From Malacoraja senta (taxonomy: Eukaryota): DNA of 64,000 bases. The stretch spans positions 11,966,001 through 12,030,000 of the forward strand of contig CM075988.1 in NCBI GenBank assembly GCA_038087875.1, given 5' to 3'. Below, one piece after another: positions 49,940-61,335 of this stretch. A program made the position numbers and the translations under genes. Numbering within the stretch: the stretch's first letter is position 1; every line of letters begins with the position of its first letter. The notes beneath the pieces are model-generated. The model was not told the DNA's origin, ran no database searches, and saw only the letters and a program-made list of their open reading frames with translations.

Positions 49940-50130
49940 TCTCCCACCACACACTTACACATGGGATAATGGACAATTGCCCATTATCTTACCAACCAAC
50001 ATTTCTTTCAGATATGGGATGAAATCAGACTCACTCTGGGAGAAACTCACAGTCATACCAAAAACTTAAAAATTCTACCCAGACAGTACCAGAGGTCAGG
50101 ACCAAAGCTGGATTTCTGGAGCTTTGAGAC
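49940..50130 (-). mobile_element. Old decayed V-SINE
   Basis: GGGATGAAATCAGAC..GGAGAAACTCACAGTCA...CAGACAGTACCAGAGGTCAGGA. Confidence 0.55.
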
Positions 50131-51221
50131 GCCCATTGGGAACTAATTATCTTCTCTTTCTGAGAGTCAAGGTCCATGCTGACTTACTCCAATTAACCAA
50201 AGAATGGATTTGGAATCTTTTTTTTATTTATTAAAATCCAATTTAGTCCACCAATATGTGATTGTAATTTGACAGTTCACAAAATTTACAATTTACAAAT
50301 TGTTTTCAACTTATTCAGTTAATTCATCATTGTTAGTCTTTTGGAAAGTAGGACCCACATTGATAAACAGAATGCACAAGTGATTTCTCCCCAGTAAATT
50401 CTGTTGCTTTTCATGTTAAAGATTTGTTCATGCAGTTTGCTCGGTGCTCCGATAGCTTGAAGCAAGCATGTTTTGTATTTATTCCTGTATTCGTTTCCTT
50501 CCTAACATTGAACTTATCACATTCATTATGTACACAATAGACTTAGAATTAATGCCGACACTGATATAGGTTGGTGAAAATCTTGCTAATTTTTTTCATT
50601 GCACTACTCCAATGAAAGGCCGAGTCTCAGCAAATAATTAATTCAAGGAGGAATTAAAACAGACTTCCATTAAAAATTACAGCAGAGTGTAAACAGAAGA
50701 TGATTTCTAATTCACTACCAGCTAAAGTGAATTTGCATCCCACTGTATTCATTGCACACAGATTAAAATTAGGTTATTTTACACCTGAAGCAAAGGCACA
50801 GTGTCAGCCCTAAATTTCTAATGCACTGTTATATTTAATACATGATTAGATGGCTGGGATATTTACTTTGGAATTCAGGTAGTCAAGAGTTTGGCAGTGA
50901 CAGATACAAGAAAGTGCCAGAGCAGAATGTTGGAAAGAGTTCTGGTTAATATGGGACTGATAAGAGCAAGAAATGGGGCAGATTGGGAAGCAATTTCTTG
51001 CGGGTAATCACAGTGAGATGGGGTTATTATTGGAACTGCCTCCAGTGCTAAAGCATCTGCTGACAAGAATTTTCCAACTGACTACATGCAGCAGTTCTCA
51101 ACACTTGCACAGTCAAAGTGAAGCATGTTTGGAAAAAAAATCCAAAACTAAAATATTTCTTAAAAAATATATAATTGTAGAATAGCCATTAAATTCTTTG
51201 AGCTTGATCTTACTTTTTTTT

Positions 51222-51395
51222 TGTTCATTGCCACATGTGCCGAGGTGCAGTGAATAGCTTTTTAGTTGCATACTATCTAGTCACAGGAAAGACGAGACAT
51301 GATTGCAATCAAGCCCTCCACAGTGTACAGATACAGGATTAAGGGAATAACGTTTAGTACAAGATAAAGTCCAGTAAAGTCTGATTAAAGATAGT
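51222..51395 (-). mobile_element. 3' end of Rex1/Babar-type retroposon family
   Basis: Same family as 5645 and 12308. Confidence 0.65.
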
Positions 51396-51560
51396 AGTGG
51401 GGTTGTTGTAAACCTATTTTTGGAGATATATTTGCTACATTCTGTAAATATGTTTTAAAAAATGAATGAATGAAAAATGAATTATGAAATATTAAATTAA
51501 TATTCAAAACATTTTTTGCTTAATATTGGGACAATAATCATCGTCATCTGTAATGTCTCC

Positions 51561-51795
51561 TTTAGTTTAGTTTAGAGATATAGCATGGAAGCAGGCCCTT
51601 CAGTCCACCAAGTCCGCACTGACTGGTGATCCCCGCACATTAACACTATCCTACACACACTAGGGGCAATTTACACTTATTCTAAGCCAATTAACCTACA
51701 AACCTGTACGTCTTTGGGCTGTGGGAGCAAACCGAAGATCTCGGAGAAAACCCACGCAGGTCACGGGGATCCGTGCGGACTGAACTCCGTACAGA
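51561..51795 (-). mobile_element. HE1-type V-SINE lacking tRNA head
   Basis: Tail and V domain well conserved. Confidence 0.85.
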
Positions 51796-52334
51796 TTGAA
51801 TCTCTACTGAATAACCGCCCAACATATTTCCAACTGCATATTCAGTGACTTTCTTTTGATGAAGATTTGAAGAAATGTTCTGCAATCAATTCTTCTTAAA
51901 TTCTTAACCATTTCTGCTATTTCCTTTTTCATATTGTGGCTTCGAAATGAATAGGTTGAGAATTTCTGAGACATGCTATACATTCACATTACAGTCGTAG
52001 AATTTCATTGGAAAGCAATCACTCAGTGTGACTGAATACTTGCTGCACAGATGCTGATGGGAGGACCTGTTCCCATCCCTCAGCCCAAAGCTTGAAGACT
52101 CATGAGCCTCCAAAGACCACATGACCTTGCCACCGTGCTCCTGTGAAGCAGGGCTGGCCAGGAACAGGGACTAGACCTGATAGAGTGCAACTGAGGGCCT
52201 GCCTGTTGGTCGGTCTTTATGATCTGCTGGAAGCTCGTGCTGTAAGAAATCCATTTCACTCTGATCATCAAAGACATTTAGAAATGGAAGGAAAATATTT
52301 CAATTATTGAATTGGCAGCGTTGCAAAAGATAAG

Positions 52335-52710
52335 AGTCTGAGAGTCATGGAGCCATACAACATGGATACAGACCCTTTGGCCCAAATTGTGCAAGTTGTT
52401 TAACGGAGCTAATGCCACTTGCTTGCACTTGGCCCATATCCCCCCAAACCTTTCCCTTCCGTCTTTCTGTTTAAGTGCCTTTTGAATGCTGTAATTGTGA
52501 TCGCTGCTATCACATCCCCTGTCAGTGTGTTCGATACATGTAACACCCTCTGGGTGAAAAAGGAGACAAAGTGCTGGAGTAACCGAGCGGGTCAGGCAGC
52601 ATCTCTGGAGAACATGAAGAGGTGACATTTCCGATCGGGTCCTTTCTGCAGAGTACACTCTGGGTGATAAAGTTGTACCTCAGGTCCCTTTTAAAATGTT
52701 CCCCTTTGAC
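52335..52710 (-). mobile_element. CR1 3' fragment with nested PLE mini-element (52563-52652)
   Basis: Insert flanked by CTCTGGGTGA at 52548-52557 and 52658-52667. Confidence 0.8.
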
Positions 52711-52825
52711 TCGCCCATGTTCTTTACAATGCCCGTCAATGTGATCTGGTCCTCTGCAATAAGATCTGGACTTCTGTTAATTCCATTCAGTGCACTTGTG
52801 CAAGCCAATGTCTGACATGGGCCAC

Positions 52826-53130
52826 ATAATAATAATAATAATGGATTTTATTTACGGGCGCCTTATACCGAGGTCTCAAGGACACCATACAGAGATTTAT
52901 AGAAAACATATAATCAGAATTTTAAAAAAATAGGTTATAAAGACCAATACATAAATCAGGGACAGAATTCCTTCCAAAAACACAAAAAAAAGAAAATCAG
53001 AAGCACAACTTGAGGAGAGAGCAGCGGCAATTTAACGCCAGCGTCCACTCCCCCCTCCGACCGCCATCTTGAACACAGACTAACAAATACAATTACAAAC
53101 AATTACATACAAAAATCATCCCCCCACATG
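52826..53130 (-). mobile_element. L2-tailed short retroposon
   Basis: Minus strand ends GGTGTCCTTGAG...TAAGGCGCCCGTAAATAAAATCC(ATT)n; internal AAGATGGCGG. Confidence 0.7.
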
Positions 53131-53759
53131 AGGAGATACGTAAGGAATATATTGCCTCCTTGCAGGAGATGTAAAGGACACCTGCATCCGCAAGTTTCAA
53201 TCCATCAAGTCTCATGGATTGAGACGATATAGGCTGTATACCGTAGCTGATACCCATTAGCCTCTTGCTCTCCCTCAGACCAACCACTACTCCCAACCCT
53301 GCAATGACTGATTTGATCTGTATTTTACTGACTCACCTTCAATTTCATTATGATGGACTAAGTGGAGGAAACATCTTTGAAGGTATTAAATGTACAAAAC
53401 GAGCACTCTTGAATAGATGACCTTGGGGCTCATGCTCTAGAATGTAACTGTGAATGCACAAAATCTGCGCTGATCTGTTGCACGCTGCCTGTTTCATACA
53501 CCTTTCCCAATGTGGAATCATTCCTAAGCATTGTGCTTTACCAATCCACACGGGATTGACATAATAATATTCTTTCCAAACTTAGAGCTATTTATGAATG
53601 AAATTAAACAGCAGTTGATGGTGTAAACTTCTTAGATGAGCATTGGTAAATTATGTCAAAAGACTAGTGGCAATATCCCAAATTTGAACATCTACAGTAA
53701 GGTGGCTGCAGGTACTTTGGAAGTTGATCTTCCTTGTGAGAGGGAGTTAAATCAAAGAA

Positions 53760-53905
53760 AAGGAATACTGGAAATAACCAGCATTAATGAAGAGAGAAAA
53801 ACAATTAATATTTTCACTTTGAGAACCTTTTATCTCTTAAAGCCGCTGCCTGATTTGCTGAGCATTTCCATTGCTTATTTGAGATTTTCAGCATCTGCAG
53901 TTGAT
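53760..53905. mobile_element. Old PLE hammerhead-unit remnant
   Basis: GCTGCCTGATTTGCTGAGCATTTCCA...TTTTCAGCATCTGCAG. Confidence 0.5.
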
Positions 53906-55279
53906 TTTGTTTGCTTTTTTGATGAAAGGAAAGGACTTGACTTAACGTATGTGAACTTTTGATCCTCTTTGACTTGCGCTTAGAGGTGAATTGGTGCCTG
54001 CAAGATGGGGGATGCTGTCTACTCTACATCATCATTGTACTATATGCTAACTATGAAAATTTAATTTCCACCTCACAGTACTTTCATTGCGACTCTATGA
54101 CAATGTGAAGTTCTGGTGGAGTTGTGAATCTCTCACTCACAACCCTGCTGATCAATTGTGCAAATATAATTTACATCAATCCAGTTTTTCTCTATCATTT
54201 CTTGATTTTGTGATTTTAATTTTAGATTATAAACTGGGCACTCTCTTTAATGATTCCCTTGCTGAGTTGTAATGATCCGTTTTGCTGAGTTTGAATTATT
54301 TTAGACATTAATTGCTTGGGTTGTCATTTTAACTACTCATTGAAGAATGACTCAACTACTTTCCATTTGCTCGGCGGCATGGCATGGAATTAGAGAACCC
54401 CGTAACATTAGACCTTGGTTTGGTTTAGCTGCATGTCGGGGTTACATTTACTCTTCATTTGATCACAGGATAGCTGCTCAATTCTACTTTTGCTCCTTGC
54501 CAGGTTTCTCAATGAGTCATTTGGTATCAATCGTAAGATGCACTCTATTGCCTTCAATAACACCTCCTTCATCGACATTCAGCTATCGTGACACATATCA
54601 CAGCCTCTGTTACCACATGGAGAAATGTGATGTTACTTCAGGATCTTGCATGATGGCTTTACACTATCACTTTATTCGAGTCGGGAAAATTGTGTTCAGT
54701 TGTTCTGGCAGATTCTCGACATTTTGGAAGAGGCAGATGGATATTTTTTAAAACATAGCCAAAACATTCCGAACATTGCCCCTTTTTGAGATTATGAAAT
54801 TATTGGCTTAAATTCGCACTGAGGAAATGATACGATTTATTACATTGAACTATTTATGCAGTTTTGCCCAAGGCAAAACTTAAACCAATCAGTGTGAGTG
54901 CTTCAGGGAAAGTTAACTAAATATTTGAAGCAATGCACTGATGGGGCATAGGATTTGATTTTTTGGCTTCACTTAAAAATTGGCATGTTCACAATTTTCT
55001 CGGGTTGATTTTTTTTTTAAAATCAGCATATTTATGGGATTTACATTTAAAAAAAATGTATAAGAAAAGAAAATCTTGCTTTCGGCAAGATTATTAAAAA
55101 TGTCGGGGGAGAGGTATTTTAAGGGCCAATTAACATTAATTCTTGAAGTCTTTCTCGTGATCATTGAAACAGTTATCAGACTTCAAATAGCTCTGCTCTT
55201 AGTGATTCTGATCATTAAACCAGTCTTTGCAGGTATTTGCTTGACTGTAAAGGGATTCGTAAAGACAATGATATAAGGT

Positions 55280-55600
55280 CCCAGTGGGAACATGGGAGCA
55301 GTGTGATTATGGTGAAATTGTATACAACACTTGTTAAGCCACAAATTGTGTATTATGTACGGTTCTGGTCAACATATCACAGGAAGGATGTGTCATGGCA
55401 GAATTGATTTAGGTATAAATTGTATCATTGGAGAAAGGGTGTTGATGAGATTTATGAGCACATTGTCATCATTGAGAATTTGTACCTATGAGGATATATT
55501 TGATAGGTTAGGGAACAGAGGAGGCTGAGAGGAAACTTAATTAAGTTATGTAAAATGATTAGGAGTCTCGGAGAGTAGATCTGAGGGAACTATTTACCTA
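55280..55600 (+). mobile_element. Decayed CR1 fragment
   Basis: LYTTLVKPQIVYYVRFWS; CAGAGGAGGCTGAGAGGAAACTTAAT. Confidence 0.7.
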
Positions 55601-55716
55601 ACGGCGTGATATAATAGTCTCTTTGTACCTGAATGTGAGCAGCAGCAGCAACAACAACTCTGCATAAGCTCAACACTATTCAAGAAGAGACAGCAGAACA
55701 GTAGTCACTTTACTGT

Positions 55717-56013
55717 AGAGACACAGTATGGAAACAGGCCTTTCGACCCACCAACTACGCGACGACCAGCAATCATCCGTACACTAACACAATCCTACAC
55801 ACTAGGGACAATTTCACAATTTTTACCTAAGCGAAATAACCTACACACGTGTGTCTTTGGAGTGTGGGAGGAAACGGGAGCACCTGGCGAAAACCAACAC
55901 AGTCAAAGGGAGAACATTAAAAAACTCCATGCAGACAGCACCTGTAGTCAGGATCGAGCCCGGGGCTCTAGCTCTGTAAGCAGCAACTCTATCACTGCAC
56001 CACTGTGCCACCC
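55717..56013 (-). mobile_element. HE1-type V-SINE
   Basis: All domains present. Confidence 0.86.
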
Positions 56014-56113
56014 TATCTACTGCATTTACTCACTCTGAATAATCAAGCAGCTCCTCCTAAATCTATAAGCACCATCAGCAAGAAGAGCAATGGCATAGGG
56101 AGCATTATCTACT

Positions 56114-56309
56114 ACAGATAGACACAAAAAGCTGGAGTAACTCAGTGGGACAGGGAGCATCTCTGGAGAGAATGAATGGGTGAAGCTTTGAGTCTCGAGA
56201 CCCGAGACATCACCCATTCCTTGTCTGCAGAGATGCTGCCAGTCCTGCCGAGTTACTCCAGCTTTTTGTGTCTATCTTCAGTTTAAACCAGCATCTGCAC
56301 ATTCTTACA
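56114..56309. mobile_element. Palindromic PLE mini-element pair with 11-bp TSD
   Basis: AGATAGACACAAAAAGCTGGAGTAACTC ... GAGTTACTCCAGCTTTTTGTGTCTATCT; CATTATCTACT at 56103-56113 and 56310-56320. Confidence 0.88.
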
Positions 56310-56344
56310 CATTATCTACTGCAGGTTCTCCTCCATGTTGCACC

Positions 56345-56660
56345 ATGTTTCAACTAGTGGGGGAGTCTCGGACCAGATAACATAGCCTCAGAATACAAGG
56401 GCATACCATTTGAAAGGAGATGAGGAGAAATTTCTTTAGCCAAAGGGTAGTGAATCAATGGAATTCATTGCCGCACACGATGGTGGAGGCCAAATCTTTG
56501 GGTATTTTTAAAGCAGAGAGTGATAGGTTCTTGATTAGTAATGGTGTCAAAGTTATGGGGAGAAGGCAGAAGAATGGGGTTCAGAAGGAAAGATGGATCA
56601 GCTATGTCTGAATGTCAGAGCAGATGCAATGAGTCAAATGGCTTAATTCTGCTCCTTATG
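56345..56660 (+). mobile_element. CR1 3' fragment
   Basis: MRRNFFSQRVVNQWNSLP. Confidence 0.88.
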
Positions 56661-56669
56661 AAGTACTGA

Positions 56670-56850
56670 GCCATGCTGGTTTGGAAATACATTGCTAGTT
56701 CTTCTTGTCACTGGATCTAAATCTTGAATGTACTTGCCAACAGCACTGCACCTGTATCAGAATCACCTCAAGGGGAATACATTGAGGGATGGACAACAAA
56801 TGCTGGTCTTAATGGCAATGTCCAAATCCAGAAAATGAATATAAAAAAGA
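56670..56850 (+). mobile_element. Ancient LINE 3' end (same family as 35195-36560)
   Basis: GGGATGGACAACAAATGCTGGTC...TCCAGAAAATGAATATAAAAAA. Confidence 0.55.
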
Positions 56851-57561
56851 TTGTTCATAATAAAGTGTTTGATGAACTTATTTCTGGCTCAATAACTTAA
56901 GCAAGTTTTGAATTTGGTTCTGGGAATTGACTCGGATTAGGTAGGTAGAGCAAGTATCAGTGGGAAAACAATGAAGTAACACACAATGGAAAGATCATAA
57001 TGGCTCTGGAAAATATTATAAACAACTCCAAGGTAAATGTAGTCAGTTGGAGAAGAGCCAGTGTCTCTGAGATCTGCCCTGGGTGAAATGGAATCAAAGA
57101 TTGACAGCAAAAATGCAGTTGAATCGTAAGTGGCCTTTAGATGGAGATGTTTCACCTGACGTCTTGGTACTTTTTCACAAGGAGGAAGATCAGGGAGACT
57201 AGAACTAATCCTCCCAAGATGGCGTAAAGGTTAAAATTAAATAGAGCATTTAAGAGAAATAGGCAAGGTGTTAGTACAAGTAAGAAGCAGAATGATAATA
57301 GAAATCTCAGAAGATAATTGTAAAAGGTGAAAGTGCAAGGTGAAAACTTAATAAGTGGTTGGCAGCAAGCATAAAAATAGTCTGTTAATCTGTAGGTATG
57401 TGAAAATAAATAATATTTTAATAATTTCAGATTGAACATTTTAAGTTAAGACGTGTGGCTTATCAGTGAACATAAAGGAAATTCACTCAAGGAAGCAGAG
57501 GATATGACACTGGTATGAAGTACATTGCTTTAGTCTTCATGGCTATCAGAGACCCAGCAGA

Positions 57562-57785
57562 CAAAATGTGAAAGAAGGAACTGCAGATGCTGGTTTAAAC
57601 CAAAGATAGACACAAAAAGCTGGAGTAACTCAGCGGGACAGGCAGCATCTCTGGAGAGAAGGAATGGGTGACGTTTCAGGTCATGACCCTTCTTCAGACC
57701 CATACATCTCGACCCGAAACATCACCCATCCCTTCACTCCAGAGATACTGCCTGTCCCGCTGAGTTACTCTAGCTTTGTGTGTCC
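57562..57785. mobile_element. Palindromic PLE mini-element pair with 10-bp TSD; intact minus core 57670-57697
   Basis: Minus strand CTGAAGAAGGGTCATGACCTGAAACGTC; ACCCAGCAGA at 57552-57561 and 57786-57795. Confidence 0.88.
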
Positions 57786-58093
57786 ACCCAGCAGAGGAAG
57801 ATGGTGACAGAGTCAAGAACCAGGGGGGGGGGAGACTTGAGCATGACTGGCAAAAGAACCAAAAGGCAAAACACTGCAAAGCTTCTTAAATCAGCAAATA
57901 CTGGCAAATACAAGGTCGTGGAAGCTACTCAATTGTAGCAATCGGAAGGGAGTGGGCTTGGTACTGTATCTTAAAGTGAGGGATTGGAGGAGTCTAGTGA
58001 GAAAGGGAGGAGTGAACAAATAGGTTGCTCTTACATGGAGCAAGTACAGATCATCTCAGATTGGAGATGCATTATACCAGGATGCATATGTTT

Positions 58094-58533
58094 GGGCAGT
58101 GGGCAGGTGCTATAGACCTGCATGGGAAGGTAGACGCTCGGGTCTCAGACAGATGGGGCTCGTCAGCCTGGGAAGGCAGTCCATCTAGGAGAGGGAAAAC
58201 TCTGATTTAAAGCCTCCACTGCCTTGTGGCCATATCCAGTCGTGGAAAAGGCTCCTGGAGTAAACCTCAAGAAAATCTGGAGTCGGAGCCCCTAAGGCAG
58301 TTTGTCGTTGTCTACAACCTCGCTCTGGCAGCTCCTGCGACGGCGCTGGTGCCAAAATGTAACGGCCCTGCTGTTCCTTTGGATCGATCAGTGACGTGGA
58401 GAGGGGAAACGTGCTGCATGGACAACAGTCTGTCCTCCATATGACATTGCCTTGCAGGCTTGCATCCAACCACACATCACCTGCAAACTAGAATGCATCG
58501 CCCATGGTCAGTCATGACCGAGGGGGGCCCACT
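58094..58533 (+). mobile_element. Non-autonomous RTE-derived element (5' UTR plus 3' tail), TSD-bounded
   Basis: GGGCTCGTCAGCC...CTAGGAGAGGGAAAACTCTGATTT resembles recalled RTE 5' UTRs; 3' stem-loop CCATGGTCAGTCATGACCGAGG; ATATGTTT at 58086-58093 and 58534-58541. Confidence 0.72.
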
Positions 58534-58614
58534 ATATGTTTATTTTGAGGGGAAACGGTTAGCAAGTATCTGAGTGATATTTTTGCATCTGAAGGATGTT
58601 TGGAGTTAAAATAG

Positions 58615-58785
58615 ACAGATTGTGGAGGTGGTGGAGGCAGGTATTGTCAGAATACTTAAGAACTATCTGAATTAGCATTGGATTTACCAAGGCATGGAAA
58701 GCGAGGTCCAATGCTGGTAAATAGGATTAGGATAGGTGAACACTTACTGGTGGGCTGAAAGGCCTGTTTCTGTGCTGTATGAGAA
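58615..58785 (+). mobile_element. CR1 3' tail
   Basis: GGTGGAGGCAGG...GGGCTGAAAGGCCTGTTTCTGTGCTGTATG. Confidence 0.75.
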
Positions 58786-58831
58786 CATTATACTTTGTTA
58801 TGTGCCACGAGCATTCTTTAACAATTTCTTT

Positions 58832-58934
58832 TCGAGACCCTTCATCAGTCTGAAGAAGGGTCTCGACCCAAAACGTCACCAGCATTTTGTGTCTATCTTC
58901 GATCTAAGCCAGCATCTGCAGTTCCTTCCCACAC
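58832..58934 (+). mobile_element. PLE mini-element with short inverted 5' core copy
   Basis: TCGAGACCCTTCATCAG-T-CTGAAGAAGGGTCTCGA hairpin, internal deletion downstream. Confidence 0.8.
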
Positions 58935-59630
58935 AATGTCGAAAAACAGTTTGGCTGAATGTCTTATCACTGAATCATTTCCTGAGTTGTAGACCAGTTG
59001 CAGGGAGTTCAACTTTGTGTGATACAAGGACACTGTGCAAAAGATGAATATTTAGTCAACAAATTGGGAAGGAACGATGAATATCTTGAAAACTAATCGG
59101 TTGAATCCAAACCAAGCTGAAATGTAAATTGCAGCCAGATGCAACACTGACACCAGATTCTGTGTTGCATTGATATGAATAAGCTTTGTAGGATGGAAGT
59201 GACATCTGTTTACGAGATCAACATTTTGGCATGTTGTGAATGCATAAGAGTTCAATTAAAAATTGTTTATCCCTATTCCCAAATATCTGTTGGCCCTTGA
59301 ATCATGAACTCATGCCTTCATTTATGAGCATTCTGAGCCCAGAGGATCTAAGTACTTATCAAAAAAACATAATTGATCATTTAAAGTGGTTATTGCAAAA
59401 CCTTTACGGCAAGAACAAAGTCACTGCAAATATCAAAATCTCGTAAATACGGTATACATTGGGTGAAATCAATGAGGATTTGATGCATCATTTTCATTTG
59501 CATGGTTGATCAATAGAAGGTGAAAATTTGGTATATTTTATTGTTTTGTTTAATTTTCTTGTCCACAGTTTTCTTTTGGAGCATTCCTAAAGATGCATCT
59601 TTTACTTCATAGTTTTAGCGCAGGTATTTA

Positions 59631-60612
59631 GACAATAGACAATAGACAATAGGTCCAGGAGTAGGCCATTCCACCCTTCGAGCCATCACATTCAATGTGA
59701 TCATGACTGATCATCCCCAATCAGTACCCCATTCCTGCCTTCTCCCCATATCCCCTGACTCCGCTATTTTTAAGAGCCCTATCTAACTCTCTCTTGAAAG
59801 CATCCAGAGGACCTGCCTCCACTGCCCTCTGAGGCAGAGAATTCCACAGACTCACCACTCTCTGTGAGAAAAAGTGTTTCCTCATCTCCGTTCTAAATGG
59901 CATACTCCCTCTTCTTAAACTGTGGCCCCTAGTTCTGGACTTCCCCAACATCGAGAACATGTTTCCTGCCTCTAGCGTGTCCAAACCCTTAACATTCATA
60001 TATGTTTCAATGAGAATCCCTCTCATCCTTCTAAACTGCAGAGTGTACAAGCCCAGCTGCTCCATTCTCTCAGCATATGACAGCATCCCGGGAATTAACC
60101 TTGTAAACCTACGCCGCACTCCCTCCATAGCAAGAATGTCCTTCCTCAAATTAGGGGACCAAAACTGCACACAATACTCCAGGTGTGGTCTCACTAGGGC
60201 TCTGTACAACTGCAGAAGGACCTCTTTGCTCCTATATTCGATTCCTCTTGTTATAAAGGCCAACATGCCATTCGCTTTCTTCACTGCCTGCTATACCTAC
60301 ATGCTTATTTTCATAGACTGATGTACAAGGACCCCCCAGATCCCGTTGTACTTCCCCTTTTCCCAACTTGATGCCATTTAGATAGTAATCTGCCTTCCTG
60401 TTTTTGCTACCAAAGTGGATAACCTCACATTTATCTGCATTAAACTTCATCTGTCATGCATCAGCCCACTCCCCCATCCTGTCCGTCACCCTGCACTCTC
60501 ATAGCATCCTCCTCACAGTTCACACTGCCACCCAGCTTTGTGTCATCTGCAAATTTGCTAATGTTGCTTTGAATCCCTTCGCCCAAATCATTGATGTATA
60601 TTGTAAATAGAT
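59631..60612 (-). mobile_element. Young 5'-truncated CR1 LINE (frameshifted ORF2 C-terminus)
   Basis: ORFs 60232-60450 (MKFNADKCEVIHFG) and 59721-60284 (LYRALVRPHLEYCVQFWSP...FFSQRVVSLWNSLP); (CTATTGT)n tail; GTATTTA at 59624-59630 and 60613-60619. Confidence 0.95.
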
Positions 60613-60894
60613 GTATTTATTTTTTTATCATTGTTAATAATCTAAAACCATCACATAGCTCCCTAAAAAAATGAACTCACTTGTGAGATCCTGCTGATAT
60701 CACACATGAAAACATTTTGCAAATTGGCTGAGATATTTTCTCCTTGCATCCAGGACATGGATATTTGTCTTTGCATTGTTAAAAGGAACAAGATTGAATT
60801 TCCTCAATCTGATCTTTTGCAGATGTAACAAAATGTATACAGAAACTAGTGCTTGAATAGTGTGAGAACAAGTGCTATGACTGGTGGAGTGCTG

Positions 60895-60985
60895 GATACA
60901 AAGTGGGAGAGTAACTCAGCAGATCAGGCGGCAAGTCTGGTGGACGTGGATAGGTGATGTTTTGGGTCGGGACCCTTCTTCAGAT
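60895..60985 (-). mobile_element. PLE mini-element
   Basis: GGATAGGTGATGTTTTGGGTCGGGACCCTTCTTCAGA. Confidence 0.78.
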
Positions 60986-61335
60986 ATTTCAATTTTGTAA
61001 CATGATTTTGTTGGTTTTTATGCTGATCTGGATCCCAGCAGAGAGATGAACATGAAAAAAACCCCCAAGATAATCACATATTGAGCACTGGATAAAAATG
61101 GAAAATATCTATCCCCTCTTAGACCTCTATTAATTATATTATGAGCATAACGGGCAGCTGAACCTGGAACCTTTGGCATGAACATGATCCTCTGGTCTGA
61201 ACTAGGCCTCTGGTCTAGACTGGGGCCTCTGGTCAGAGTTAGTGTACGCAGTCCCCCAGTAACTGTATACAAATAAGAGGTTGCCCATTTCAGATAGATT
61301 TTAGGGACATTTGATCTGGAGGTAGTGAGTCTATA

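Noticed and set aside
52050-52260. GC-richer patch after CACAG as an exon (ADGRTC, EGF-like look)
   Set aside because: Frames checked stop early and no matching donor or Cys pattern
58094-58300. Canonical HDV-like ribozyme (GGGCAGT/ACTGCCT resembles P1 with a G-U pair at position 1)
   Set aside because: The required P3/L3 and P1.1 GG elements around the 3' P1 strand are not present by eye; kept only as an untested structure
59721-60284. Longest ORF (187 aa) as a host gene
   Set aside because: C-terminus of CR1 ORF2, 5'-truncated and frameshifted
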